NCBI GenBank assembly: GCA_041844835.1
Contig: JBGZBU010000026.1
Coordinates: forward strand, 7,641 to 71,640
DNA: 64,000 nt
Origin: Anaerovoracaceae bacterium
GTDB lineage: Bacteria; Bacillota; Clostridia; Peptostreptococcales; Anaerovoracaceae
Reading direction: 5' to 3'
In this document: one piece after another, positions 18,697 through 28,480 of the stretch
Position numbering within the stretch: position 1 is the stretch's first letter
Layout of the letters: each line of letters starts with the position of its first letter
Position numbers and translations under genes: made by a program
Notes under the pieces: model-generated
Databases searched by the model: none
Told to the model about the DNA's origin: nothing
What the model saw: the letters and a program-made list of their open reading frames with translations, nothing else

Positions 18697-19503
18697 TTAT
18701 TCCGATAACGTAAGCTTATACAGAGGACTCGGCATATCTCTGCGAAGCGTATCCATCTTGAGCTTGTCGGCGAGAAAATGCCCGCAATCGGCAAGATGAT
18801 TGCGCACCGTTTCAAATGCCATCTCAGGGAAATTGTTTTCCCTTGACAGATGTGCAAGAAGCACCCTGCGCGGTTTATCATTCTCATTTAAAAGACGCAC
18901 TATTGTTTTTGCCGCGTCCTCATTCGACAGATGCCCGCATTCGCTCTTTATACGCTGCTTCAGGTACCACGGATATGAGCCGTACTGGAGCATTTCCGCA
19001 TCAAAATTGGATTCTATGGCAATCAAATCCGAATCGCAGATATTCTCAAAAATCCTGTCATCAACCATCCCCGTATCCGTCAGAATGCTTATCTGTCTGC
19101 CGGCGCATCTCAGAGAATACCCTACCGGCTCGACCGCATCGTGGCTCAATTTTACGGGGGATATTTCTATGTCTCCCACCATAAATTTTTCGCCGCCGCG
19201 CACAATTCGTCGTTTTTCCTCGTGCACAGCCCAATCAACGCTGCTCCACGTCCCGCTTGTCGCGTACACGTGTGCGGAATCCGCTTTTCGCGCGACCGTC
19301 CTTAGGCTCTTGACATGATCTGAATGCTCATGCGTTACGAGCACGGCATTCACCTCATCAAAATTCCGCCCGCATTGCGCAAGCCCCTCTTCTATCCTTT
19401 TGCAGCTGATTCCGGCATCGACAATCAGACAAGTGGTGTCCGAACTCACGAGATATGAATTGCCGCTGCTGCCGCTCGCAAATGAACAAAATTTCAATTC
19501 CAT
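18697..19503 (-). CDS. MBL-fold metallo-hydrolase, YycJ/WalJ-like
   Basis: It has THEHSDH and GSSGNSYL, and its position after yycH/yycI matches the Bacillus wal operon. Confidence 0.8.
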   Translation of the reverse strand: MELKFCSFASGSSGNSYLVSSDTTCLIVDAGISCKRIEEGLAQCGRNFDEVNAVLVTHEHSDHVKSLRTVARKADSAHVYATSGTWSSVDWAVHEEKRRIVRGGEKFMVGDIEISPVKLSHDAVEPVGYSLRCAGRQISILTDTGMVDDRIFENICDSDLIAIESNFDAEMLQYGSYPWYLKQRIKSECGHLSNEDAAKTIVRLLNENDKPRRVLLAHLSRENNFPEMAFETVRNHLADCGHFLADKLKMDTLRRDMPSPLYKLTLSE

Positions 19504-19514
19504 AAAGCCGTCTC

Positions 19515-20294
19515 CTATAATATCTCAAATCCCCTGACCTCAAAAATGCTTCCGTCTTCCAATTTTATATTCCACATCGGAATTGCCGTATCGCTGAGCG
19601 CTGCGGTATTGCCCTCAACTGAAGCGCCAAGTTTATATACCATGTAAATATCCTTGACTTTCGCATTATCGCCCTTAAAATCTCCCATAAACCTCATGAG
19701 CGCCGCCTCCGGAGACAACACATCATTCTTATTTCCCTCCCGCATGGTTTTAAACCACTTGTACTCAATATTCGTAAGAGTTGAATTCTCATAGCGGAAT
19801 ATAAAATAAAGCCCGTCCACAGTTATATTATTATAGCGTGCCGAAAATACAAGCTCAGCCGCAATGCGCCCTGCATCCGCGGAAATATTGCAGTCCGTAA
19901 AAACATACTCCTGCGAACCCACTCCGAAATATTCGAGAACGCCCCGTGCATCCTCTGCATATCTGGCTTTGAGACCTTCATCCTCCTTGTACACTCCTCC
20001 TGCGCCTCTGCTTATCACCTTGCTGATGTTGAATCCGTCTTTTCGTGCCAGCATCTTTTGTATCTTATACTCGGGAATTTCAAGATATTCGACATTCAGT
20101 ACACCGAGCTCGTTATTCCATTTCGGGATAGGGGTGTCCATGGTAATCCCCCGCTTTGCGAGCACCTCTATGACATTGCTGTCCTCAAGTGTAGCTTTTT
20201 GCACTTTATTCGCCTGCATATATGTAAAAAGAAAAAATATGTTGGTCAGCAGCAAGGCGGCTATCAGTATGCTTTTTGCTTTTCCCCAATCCAT
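19515..20294 (-). CDS. YycI-like two-component-system regulatory protein
   Basis: The N-terminus MDWGKAKSILIAALLLTNIFFLF matches the conserved YycI start plus a single TM helix. The length is about 260 aa. Confidence 0.7.
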   Translation of the reverse strand: MDWGKAKSILIAALLLTNIFFLFTYMQANKVQKATLEDSNVIEVLAKRGITMDTPIPKWNNELGVLNVEYLEIPEYKIQKMLARKDGFNISKVISRGAGGVYKEDEGLKARYAEDARGVLEYFGVGSQEYVFTDCNISADAGRIAAELVFSARYNNITVDGLYFIFRYENSTLTNIEYKWFKTMREGNKNDVLSPEAALMRFMGDFKGDNAKVKDIYMVYKLGASVEGNTAALSDTAIPMWNIKLEDGSIFEVRGFEIL

Positions 20295-20310
20295 GACCCC
20301 TCACCTCACG

Positions 20311-21792
20311 CTAATCACCGCGGACCAGCCCGTAACCCAGCTCTTCTGCGGTATATAAATCAAAATACATATCTATATCTCCCGCGGAAATTATCCACGC
20401 GGGCTTCAGGACATCCTCGCCGTGCATTATGAGATATCCATATCTTATTTTCGTGATTTTCATCGCCAATTCCTCAAAGCTCTTAAGCTCGCCGCTTTTA
20501 AATTGATCCGCCTCTATAAGAATATTCTTCATTGTTCCGTAATTAGCTGCCAGCATATTGATGGGATCGTATTTGGTTTTCATGCCGTTATCCCCGTCTC
20601 CACTGTGCGAATTATCACGTATCTGCGACGTACAGTGGACGATCGCTCGCTTGAAATACACGACGCGATCTCCTATCACGTCCGCCTCAAACGGCATGCC
20701 CTCTTCACTGTACAAGCGATACCCGCCATATTTAACCCCGAAGATATACTTATAACCTTTGCCGCCTTGTATGGATTCAACCTCAAACAAATACGGCGTG
20801 AATACCGTGCCGCCGATGCTGTCGAATCCGCCGTGTTTTGCAATAAAATCGAGGGCGATTTGCAAGCCGCCGAAATAATCGGTCTTATCCGGCTCGACAT
20901 TCGGCGTATCTTTATACTCGGTCTCTCCCGTGGGATACAAAATAAGTGTCTGCTCGCCGTAACCGTACATGAAAATCTTTGTGCCGTTTTTCTCTTGAAT
21001 TTTTCTTACGAAATCAAGATTTCTTCCAAAATAGCTCTCGGCTATATCCCGCACATTATCCTGGTTCATCACATCAAAATCATGGATGAAAGGAATTTCC
21101 GCAAGCTCAACATCAAGATATGCGGGAAGCATGGCATTGCTGCTGACTTCCCTGCCCAAGAGACGCGACAATTTATACATAAGCGCGGAATCGTTATCAT
21201 TAACCTCGCGGATAATTTCGTTGAGCTCATCCAAATATGCATTATCCGCCGCATCATAAAATCTATAGTATTTCTGATTGCCCTTATCATACAAAAAAAG
21301 ATTCCCCGGCGTTTCCGCCGAATACCCGAGCGCCCCCAATTTTTCTATCCTGTCACGTCCTACCGTTTTACTTATCCCGAATTCTTCACAGAAATTGTCA
21401 TACGGAACGGTATAATTGAAACTTGCGATGATTGACGGATATCTCATGATTTCGTCGAATTGCGAATCGGTAATTTCTTCAACCGACATTTCCTGATCCA
21501 AAAAATCGCTCGCAAGTGCGAGGAAGCGAGGCCCCCACATCTGGGCATTTTTATAATAAGCCTCGCCCGAGCATACATAAACCGTAGACGGCCTGAATAT
21601 CTCACTGGATTTAAATGCTTCTTTTTCCTTTATAGCCAGATTTATCGGCGGATTAACGTTTACACTCTGCCACAAAAAATACAAAAGCAGTACCATACAT
21701 ATAGTCAGCACTGCTAAAACTACGTTCTTTGCTCGCTCTCGCGAAACATTATTTATTTTTGAAAACCTTGATATTGGTCGATTTGTTTTCAT
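20311..21792 (-). CDS. YycH-like regulatory protein
   Basis: It has a single N-terminal TM helix and a large extracytoplasmic domain, and sits immediately upstream of the yycI-like gene. The start is set at MKTNRP (AAGGA RBS). Confidence 0.55.
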   Translation of the reverse strand: MKTNRPISRFSKINNVSRERAKNVVLAVLTICMVLLLYFLWQSVNVNPPINLAIKEKEAFKSSEIFRPSTVYVCSGEAYYKNAQMWGPRFLALASDFLDQEMSVEEITDSQFDEIMRYPSIIASFNYTVPYDNFCEEFGISKTVGRDRIEKLGALGYSAETPGNLFLYDKGNQKYYRFYDAADNAYLDELNEIIREVNDNDSALMYKLSRLLGREVSSNAMLPAYLDVELAEIPFIHDFDVMNQDNVRDIAESYFGRNLDFVRKIQEKNGTKIFMYGYGEQTLILYPTGETEYKDTPNVEPDKTDYFGGLQIALDFIAKHGGFDSIGGTVFTPYLFEVESIQGGKGYKYIFGVKYGGYRLYSEEGMPFEADVIGDRVVYFKRAIVHCTSQIRDNSHSGDGDNGMKTKYDPINMLAANYGTMKNILIEADQFKSGELKSFEELAMKITKIRYGYLIMHGEDVLKPAWIISAGDIDMYFDLYTAEELGYGLVRGD

Positions 21793-22264
21793 TGAAAATT
21801 TCCTTACCGCTGCGCTTTTCCTTAATGCCGACATATCCCTCATCGGTTTTAATCACCTTGCCGTTGCTTATGGTCACCACAGTGATTTTATAGACGCCCG
21901 CAGTCACGTTCGGTATTTTTTTAGTGTAGTATGTCAAATCATTCTGCGATGTATACATCTCCGGCTTAACCACGGCTACCTCGCGTATTTTTACTTCGTT
22001 TACGATCGCAGGCTTTTTCTGGAACGCATCCACATTCATATATGTGAACGTTCCGTTATTCTCCTGCTGTATCTTGGAACATGAAACCTTAATGGTAACA
22101 GGCTGCGACATTTTCACGGAAATAAGAATATTGTCCGCGGTATATACCTTGTTAAACGCGGGATTCACCACGCTGACCGGCGGCGCCGCGGCTGCCGAAA
22201 ATACCGTGCACATATTAAAAATCAATGTAAGCGTCAAAATGACGGTTGCAATCCTTTTTTTCAT
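21749..22264 (-). CDS. Secreted protein of unknown function (signal peptide)
   Basis: The signal peptide is MKKRIATVILTLTLIFNMCTVFSAAAAP, and the mature part is beta-rich. Its 3' end overlaps the yycH-like start. Confidence 0.6.
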   Translation of the reverse strand: MKKRIATVILTLTLIFNMCTVFSAAAAPPVSVVNPAFNKVYTADNILISVKMSQPVTIKVSCSKIQQENNGTFTYMNVDAFQKKPAIVNEVKIREVAVVKPEMYTSQNDLTYYTKKIPNVTAGVYKITVVTISNGKVIKTDEGYVGIKEKRSGKEIFNENKSTNIKVFKNK

Positions 22265-22351
22265 CGCTAAACAACTCTCCCGTATAATAATAACTTATAC
22301 CAGTATAGTACACTAATATTACAACAGTGTTACACTTGATTTAATTTAGCT

Positions 22352-22915
22352 TTACACCTCCATTGTACTCTTTATTCCCTCATTTGCAAGAGCATCCGCC
22401 CGATTATTCATGCGCACCGCATGCTCAAATTTTTCATAGCCGATAGGACCGTTCTTATCGACAAATTTTTTGTAGTGTCCCTGCATGTTTGTATTCGGAT
22501 GATCGGGATTGACATGTCCTTTGACCAGATAAAAATCATATTCCTGATTTTCCAGAAGTTCCAGCAGCCTCTCCCATAATTCCCGATTCTCAACCGGCTG
22601 TTTCCCTGAGGTATGCCATCCGTTCATGCGCCATTTGTCAAACCATCGCTCGCGAAAGCAATTAACTATATAAGAGCTGTCGGAGAAAATGTTTAGGCGC
22701 AATCCGTCCTTTTTGAGCATGCCGAGCGCTTCGATGACGGCAGTAAGCTCCATGCGGTTATTCGTGGTGTTTATATCCCCGCCGGATAATTCTTTTACAT
22801 GCGATCCGTACTCGAGAACAGCTCCGTAACCGCCTCGGTTCTCGCGATTCTGATTGCCGGAGCAGGCGCCGTCCGTATATATATTTACTGTCATCTTTTT
22901 ATCGTTGTTTTCCAT
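22352..22915 (-). CDS. rnhA: Ribonuclease HI
   Basis: Motifs seen: DGACSGN, TNNRMELTAVIEAL, SDSSYIVN, and NNRADALA at the C-terminus. Confidence 0.85.
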   Translation of the reverse strand: MENNDKKMTVNIYTDGACSGNQNRENRGGYGAVLEYGSHVKELSGGDINTTNNRMELTAVIEALGMLKKDGLRLNIFSDSSYIVNCFRERWFDKWRMNGWHTSGKQPVENRELWERLLELLENQEYDFYLVKGHVNPDHPNTNMQGHYKKFVDKNGPIGYEKFEHAVRMNNRADALANEGIKSTMEV

Positions 22916-22953
22916 TGATCGACCTCAAGTTGTAATCTCAATCGATATTTGAC

Positions 22954-24198
22954 CTATATGCGCATAAGACGTTCCAGCATCCGACGCTTCCCGATCCTTG
23001 CATAGAGCTGAACATCCGAATACTTCCTGTAAAGCGGGATGCGCTCCGCATAAATGCGCTCAATTGCGGCGTCATCCGTGTAAAGCGGTCTGTTTCTGCG
23101 CGACAATTTGTCGCGTTCCATATCCAAAAAAACCATTATTGAATTACGCCTGAATTCCCGGATTATATCCTCATGGAGTATAGCACCGCCGCCCAGCGAT
23201 ATCACTTTGCCGCGCTCACCAAGCAGCGATCTCAAAACATCCGCCTCTATCTTTCTGAATGCGGGCTCGCCGTCTTCACTGATCATTTCCGAGGGCGATC
23301 TATGGTGAAGTTCCCTAATCTTGGCATCCGAATCTATAAAGTCCATCCCGTTTTCTTCCGCAAGCATACGGGCGGTCGTTGTTTTTCCAACCCCTCCCAT
23401 CCCTATAAACACGATGTTGCGACAATTTCTTATCATCTCCGCAACGGTTTTTTCCACTTGCGAACGGGAAAAATCACTAACAGTTCCGAATCTCAATGCC
23501 GCCTTGTAGGCCTGCGCCACCAGCATTGCCATTCCGTTTTCCGTTCTGATACCCCTTTCCTTTGCGGATAAAACAATATCGCTGTTGAACGGATTATAAT
23601 TGAGATCGAAAACAAATTTGCATCGCGGAAAATTTTCAAAATTTATGGCCTGCGCCATGCCGCCCAGCTGCCCGGCGGGGATCGTGTTTATCAGCACGTC
23701 CGCGCCGTGTTTTGCCTCATAATCATCGTACGAAACTACATCAAACCCATCTATATGGCTCGCATCCGGGTAACGCGACATTAGCTTTACATCTCTGCAG
23801 TTCGCCCGAGCCGCAGCCACCGCCGCCATCTTTGCGGATCCCCCGCTCCCCAAAATAAGCACTTTGCGCCCGCGCAGATCCGTTGCCGTCCGCCCCAGTG
23901 CAAAATTAAAGCCGTAAAAATCCGTATTGTCTCCATACACCGCCCCGTCTTTTTTTACAATCGTATTCACCGCGCCTATGCTTGATGCGATTGCTGAAAA
24001 TTCGTCACACAATTTGTATGCTGTTTCCTTATACGGACTTGTCACATTTATCGACAATTCATCATGACCTGCGACAAATTCTTCAAAATCCGCTGCACTG
24101 TCCATCTCTATAATTGAATACTCGTACCCCCCTATTTTTTTGTGGATTTCAGGGGAGCAACTGTGTTTGATATCTTTTCCGATCAAACCGTAAATCAT
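22954..24198 (-). CDS. Bifunctional shikimate dehydrogenase / shikimate kinase (AroE-AroK fusion)
   Basis: The N-terminal part is AroE-like (GLIGKDIKHSCSP, NVTSPYK, GSGGSAKM). The C-terminal part has a P-loop, GMGGVGKTTTARMLA. Confidence 0.8.
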   Translation of the reverse strand: MIYGLIGKDIKHSCSPEIHKKIGGYEYSIIEMDSAADFEEFVAGHDELSINVTSPYKETAYKLCDEFSAIASSIGAVNTIVKKDGAVYGDNTDFYGFNFALGRTATDLRGRKVLILGSGGSAKMAAVAAARANCRDVKLMSRYPDASHIDGFDVVSYDDYEAKHGADVLINTIPAGQLGGMAQAINFENFPRCKFVFDLNYNPFNSDIVLSAKERGIRTENGMAMLVAQAYKAALRFGTVSDFSRSQVEKTVAEMIRNCRNIVFIGMGGVGKTTTARMLAEENGMDFIDSDAKIRELHHRSPSEMISEDGEPAFRKIEADVLRSLLGERGKVISLGGGAILHEDIIREFRRNSIMVFLDMERDKLSRRNRPLYTDDAAIERIYAERIPLYRKYSDVQLYARIGKRRMLERLMRI

Positions 24199-24272
24199 AT
24201 ATCCTGTCCTTCCCGCTTAGCAAAAGGCCCGCCCCGTATAATTTTTATATTCATTAACCTTGCGGGCGAAAA

Positions 24273-24581
24273 TCAACCCTGCGAGTAAAAATCCTCCGTC
24301 AATTTTTGCTGTATTCGCTTGCTTTCATTAATTATCGCATCATATATCTCGATAACGGAGCGACTTACATAATCCTGCGCGTTACGCTTTGAAAGATCAG
24401 CGGCAACACGATCCTTCACCCGCCGTTCCCTGGCTTCCGATTCAATATCCATGCCCAGTTTTGACTTGATCTCTGCCACATTTTCAAGGAGCTCAAACCT
24501 TTTTGCAAGTCCTTCGACAAGCACATCATCAATCATATCTATCTTCTGCCTGACAGCATCAAGATTTTCAATTTGACGCAT
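24273..24581 (-). CDS. Chorismate mutase (AroQ class)
   Basis: The protein is 102 aa and all-helical, with the pattern LDAVRQKIDMIDDVLVEGLAKRFEL. Confidence 0.7.
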   Translation of the reverse strand: MRQIENLDAVRQKIDMIDDVLVEGLAKRFELLENVAEIKSKLGMDIESEARERRVKDRVAADLSKRNAQDYVSRSVIEIYDAIINESKRIQQKLTEDFYSQG

Positions 24582-24600
24582 TATATCCCCTCCGCATACA

Positions 24601-26586
24601 TTACTCCGTGGTGCTCAGTATATTGTCGTTTTTCTCAACTTGACTGACCTTCATATCCTTTACACGTGAAATATCTATTTTTTCCTGCAACCCCAGAATA
24701 TTCGGTCCCAAATAGATCGTATCCAGCACCTCTCCGTCAAGAGATATTTTGCTGTAACCGGTAAAATTTTGTCCCCGTATATAATATTTATCGCCTATCT
24801 GCACGACCTCATCTATCCTGATAGGATTTATTCCCATCTGCAGTTTCGTCGGTGCAAACGGATTTTTCCCGTGATAGAGATATCTTTGTCCGTAAAGTAT
24901 GTCATACGCAATCGCTTTCAAATTTTCCATGTATTTGGGATCATCATAATATTTCTGATGGTATGTAAAGATATTCCCTACTCCGCCCAATCCTATTCTG
25001 TCAAAGACATCCGCCGCTATCTGATACGCGTACATATCGCGATCGCGTTTGGGCAATCCGAAATTGCTCCACACCACATAACTTGTTTTATAAAGATCTC
25101 CTGTTGTCAGATCTTCTTCCGAGATGTCAATCGGCGGGATGTGATCGCCGTACATTACAAGAACCACATCCTCATCGAACGAATCAAGCATCTCACATAA
25201 ATCGCGAACAAACATATCCATTTCGCGAATTTGATTCACATAATATTCCCACTGCCATTTAAGCGCCTCCGTAGGAGCCTCCACGCGAATCGCCGGATTC
25301 ATTATCGTTTCCTCATGAGGATATCTCCCGTGACCCTGCACGGATATCGTGAAAATGAAATCCTGCTTCTTTGTTGATTTCAGCGCGGCTTTTATATACT
25401 GCGTGAGGATTGCATCTTTTGCCCAATTCTTAGGAGTTTTAACTATGTGATTCATGTATTCAAGTGATGTGAACGTATCATATCCCAGATTGGAAAATAC
25501 CACATTTCTATTATAAAACGCACCCCGATGATTATGCAGTGCATGAGCGGTATACCCCTTGTTTTTCAAAACATATGCGGCGGTCTCACACGTCTTGTCG
25601 CGCAGCACCGCCTTATAAGGATATTCTCCCGGACCGAAAAAGCGTGCGGAAATGCCGCTCATAACTTCAAATTCACTGTTGGCGGTTCCCGCTCCGAGCG
25701 CCGGCATTTGCAAAAAACCGCTGGAATGCTTCCCGCTCAGCTGTCTGAAATACGGTATCGGATCCTGCGAGAGTTTGATGTTTTTCACAATCATCGGATC
25801 TATAAACGATTCGAGTTGAAGAAAAATAATATTCGGATGTTTCTTACCGTCATCGGCAGTCTCATATTGTGACATCTCCCCCGGATCTTCTCCGCCCGTG
25901 AATATGGCGTCAATTTCCGCCTGTGAATAAACGCCCGGCCGGTCTATACCCGTATTAATCCACGTATTTAAAAAACAATACGGCGTACCGTTGTCGCGAT
26001 ATGCATATGCCAAATTTCCGAAAAATGTCTCGACCACACCGGCATGGATTACCGCTGACGTCAAACCGCCGAACGACAGCAGAATTGCGAGATAAATGAG
26101 GAGCGCCTGTTTGTACCTCACCACCCGTTCTCTTTTCCTATGCGGCCTTATTTTGTTGAGCAGATATCTGAGCCCCACCACACCGGCGATAATTCCCACA
26201 CATATCAATATAAGCTGCGGGATGCTGATATAATTTGTAAGTATCGACAACCCCTCGCCGAGAACAGTCAAATCCTTTGTTGTAAACGGCGTCATCCGAT
26301 TTATGAGGATGATCGCGTTAATAAAAGCAACCGCAAACCACGCTCCCCCCACAATGAAATAAACCCGTCGCTCAGCTTTGAAAAAAATAGCTACGGACAG
26401 AAAAACGAAAAGGATGAGCACGTTATAGAAAAAAGCTCCCGGCCGTTCAGTCATAAAAGCGAACGCCGCAAAAAGCGAATGGCGCGATAATGCCTCAACT
26501 ACAATATTGAGTATTAATGCGATAAACGCGGAACGCACTAAAACATAATCCAAATATTTAAAATAAAAACTTCCGAATCGTCTCAT
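24601..26586 (-). CDS. LTA synthase family protein (polytopic N-terminus plus extracellular sulfatase domain)
   Basis: Five N-terminal TM helices are followed by a sulfatase-like domain (NIIFLQLESF, GTANSEFE). Confidence 0.8.
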   Translation of the reverse strand: MRRFGSFYFKYLDYVLVRSAFIALILNIVVEALSRHSLFAAFAFMTERPGAFFYNVLILFVFLSVAIFFKAERRVYFIVGGAWFAVAFINAIILINRMTPFTTKDLTVLGEGLSILTNYISIPQLILICVGIIAGVVGLRYLLNKIRPHRKRERVVRYKQALLIYLAILLSFGGLTSAVIHAGVVETFFGNLAYAYRDNGTPYCFLNTWINTGIDRPGVYSQAEIDAIFTGGEDPGEMSQYETADDGKKHPNIIFLQLESFIDPMIVKNIKLSQDPIPYFRQLSGKHSSGFLQMPALGAGTANSEFEVMSGISARFFGPGEYPYKAVLRDKTCETAAYVLKNKGYTAHALHNHRGAFYNRNVVFSNLGYDTFTSLEYMNHIVKTPKNWAKDAILTQYIKAALKSTKKQDFIFTISVQGHGRYPHEETIMNPAIRVEAPTEALKWQWEYYVNQIREMDMFVRDLCEMLDSFDEDVVLVMYGDHIPPIDISEEDLTTGDLYKTSYVVWSNFGLPKRDRDMYAYQIAADVFDRIGLGGVGNIFTYHQKYYDDPKYMENLKAIAYDILYGQRYLYHGKNPFAPTKLQMGINPIRIDEVVQIGDKYYIRGQNFTGYSKISLDGEVLDTIYLGPNILGLQEKIDISRVKDMKVSQVEKNDNILSTTE

Positions 26587-26591
26587 AATAT

Positions 26592-27518
26592 TTACTCATC
26601 AAGCAGCTCATATATGCGGTTTGACAAAGCGGCGAATTCCGCAATCGACAATGTCTCTGCACGACGAACACAATCTATGCCGACCTCTGAAAGCACGCTC
26701 TCAACCTGCCGTCTGTCCAGTCCCGCTACACCCGTCAGCGAATTAAGCAATGTTTTTCTTCTCTTTGAAAACGCCCCGCGCACTACTGTGAAAAAAGTAT
26801 CTTCACTCAGCAGTTTCACCGCTTTTTCCTTGCGCGGAACAAGCATGATTACCATTGAGTCAACCTTGGGCCGAGGCAAAAACATTTCGCTCGGCACATC
26901 CGCAATTTTTACAATATTACATCTGTAGCCCACGGCAATTGTGATGCTTCCATAATCCGTACCGCCCGGCTCTGCAAGCAATCTTTCGCCCACTTCTTTT
27001 TGCACCATAATGCTTATGCTCTCGCACGGTATATCATTTTCAAGCAGCTTCATTATGATGGGGGTCGTAATATAATACGGCAGATTGCCGATTATTCTTA
27101 TCTTGCCCGTTTCGGGAACCCCCCCGTCTCGCGCATTCTGTATTATATCACCTATATCGGTTTTTAGTATGTCATTGTTGATAATTTTAATATTATCGTA
27201 ATCAGAAAGATTTTCCTTCAATATCGGAATCAATTCTCTGTCAAGCTCCACCCCGACGACGCTATGAGCTTTTTTAGCTGCCTCCGCGGTCAAAACTCCG
27301 AATCCGGGACCGATTTCTATTACAAGATCGTCCTCCGCAATTCCGGAGCCCTCAATTATCAGTGCAATTATCTCCTTATTCGTCAAAAAATTCTGCCCCA
27401 AACTCTTGCGCATGCGAAAATTATGATGATTCTTTATCCGCAAAATTTCATTATCATCACCGTTTTTTTTCCTGCGGCTGCAATCGTAACTTTCACTTCG
27501 TTTTTTCCCGCTGCTCAC
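26592..27518 (-). CDS. rsmA: 16S rRNA (adenine1518/1519-N6)-dimethyltransferase RsmA/KsgA
   Basis: Motifs seen: KSLGQNFL, EIGPGFGVLT, GNLPYYITTP. The GTG start overlaps the rnmV stop (GTGA). Confidence 0.9.
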   Translation of the reverse strand: MSSGKKRSESYDCSRRKKNGDDNEILRIKNHHNFRMRKSLGQNFLTNKEIIALIIEGSGIAEDDLVIEIGPGFGVLTAEAAKKAHSVVGVELDRELIPILKENLSDYDNIKIINNDILKTDIGDIIQNARDGGVPETGKIRIIGNLPYYITTPIIMKLLENDIPCESISIMVQKEVGERLLAEPGGTDYGSITIAVGYRCNIVKIADVPSEMFLPRPKVDSMVIMLVPRKEKAVKLLSEDTFFTVVRGAFSKRRKTLLNSLTGVAGLDRRQVESVLSEVGIDCVRRAETLSIAEFAALSNRIYELLDE

Positions 27519-28111
27519 TGCAATCCCTCCGATAACTTTACCGCCTCATCAAACTCTTCGCGGGTAATCGCATATGCGTTCAGCTTGCGCAAAAATGCCC
27601 GCGCATTACCGTAGCCTATCCCCAGTTTTTCCCCTGCAGCCGCGCGCACGCTTGCGGAATCTTTCTTTCCTACAAGACCGGCACGAATCAAATCGTCCAT
27701 ACAAAAAACGGCGATGCCCGCCTCAGAGTCCGCACCGCTTTCAGCGCCGCATCCGCTTTTTTTCCTGGCAGTGCGGAGCGCTGAAATTATAGCCTCGGGT
27801 GCGGCATTTTCCACTCCGATATCCTGCCCGCTCGTCGCAGCTCTGCGCCCTATATACGCATGCTTCGCATCGGGAAAACGCTCCGCGATTCGCCGCCGTA
27901 TTTCTTCACCCGAATAGTCGGGATCCGTTAAAATAATAATTCCTTTTTTGGAAGCTGCCGCTTCTATAAGTGCATAAGTTGCCCGGGTTATCCCAAATCC
28001 ATGCGTCTCGATTGTCTCAGCATCCACCGCTCTATGGACGGCATTTGTGTCATCTCTTCCCTCAACAATTATCACTTGCTCTATTTTTTCTTTTTTATCA
28101 CCTGTTTGCAT
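27515..28111 (-). CDS. rnmV: Ribonuclease M5 (Toprim domain)
   Basis: It has IIVEGRDDTNAVHRAV and ILTDPDYSGEEIR. The rnmV-rsmA pairing is classical. Confidence 0.85.
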   Translation of the reverse strand: MQTGDKKEKIEQVIIVEGRDDTNAVHRAVDAETIETHGFGITRATYALIEAAASKKGIIILTDPDYSGEEIRRRIAERFPDAKHAYIGRRAATSGQDIGVENAAPEAIISALRTARKKSGCGAESGADSEAGIAVFCMDDLIRAGLVGKKDSASVRAAAGEKLGIGYGNARAFLRKLNAYAITREEFDEAVKLSEGLQ

Positions 28112-28120
28112 TTTACCTCA

Positions 28121-28480
28121 TCATTCGGCAAGATCCGCTTCCGACTCCTCATCAACCGGAAATATATAGAGAATCTCACCGGGCCTTACCATTTTGAGCT
28201 GTGTCCGCGCCTGCTCCTCTATGTACTGAGGATCCTCAACTTTCAGCAGTTCCCGTGACAATCTCTCCCTCTCCTTAATCAATGCTTTTTGCCTGCTTAT
28301 CAGTTCAGACTGTTTTTTTTGAACATCCCATATACGGTATCCCGATACGCCGAGCATTACAATCACGACAAGCACAATGATATTCCTGATCACCTTATAC
28401 GGATCGGATTGCTTTCCGCCCGTCTTATTATCAGGCGCACGTCTGTTTTTTCTTTTCCTGGACATATTTAAACCCTTCAT
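28121..28480 (-). CDS. Septum formation initiator family protein (FtsB/DivIC-like)
   Basis: A basic N-terminus is followed by a single TM helix and a coiled coil, with QARTQLKMVRPGE at the C-terminus. The ATG overlaps the kinase stop by 1 nt. Confidence 0.7.
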   Translation of the reverse strand: MKGLNMSRKRKNRRAPDNKTGGKQSDPYKVIRNIIVLVVIVMLGVSGYRIWDVQKKQSELISRQKALIKERERLSRELLKVEDPQYIEEQARTQLKMVRPGEILYIFPVDEESEADLAE

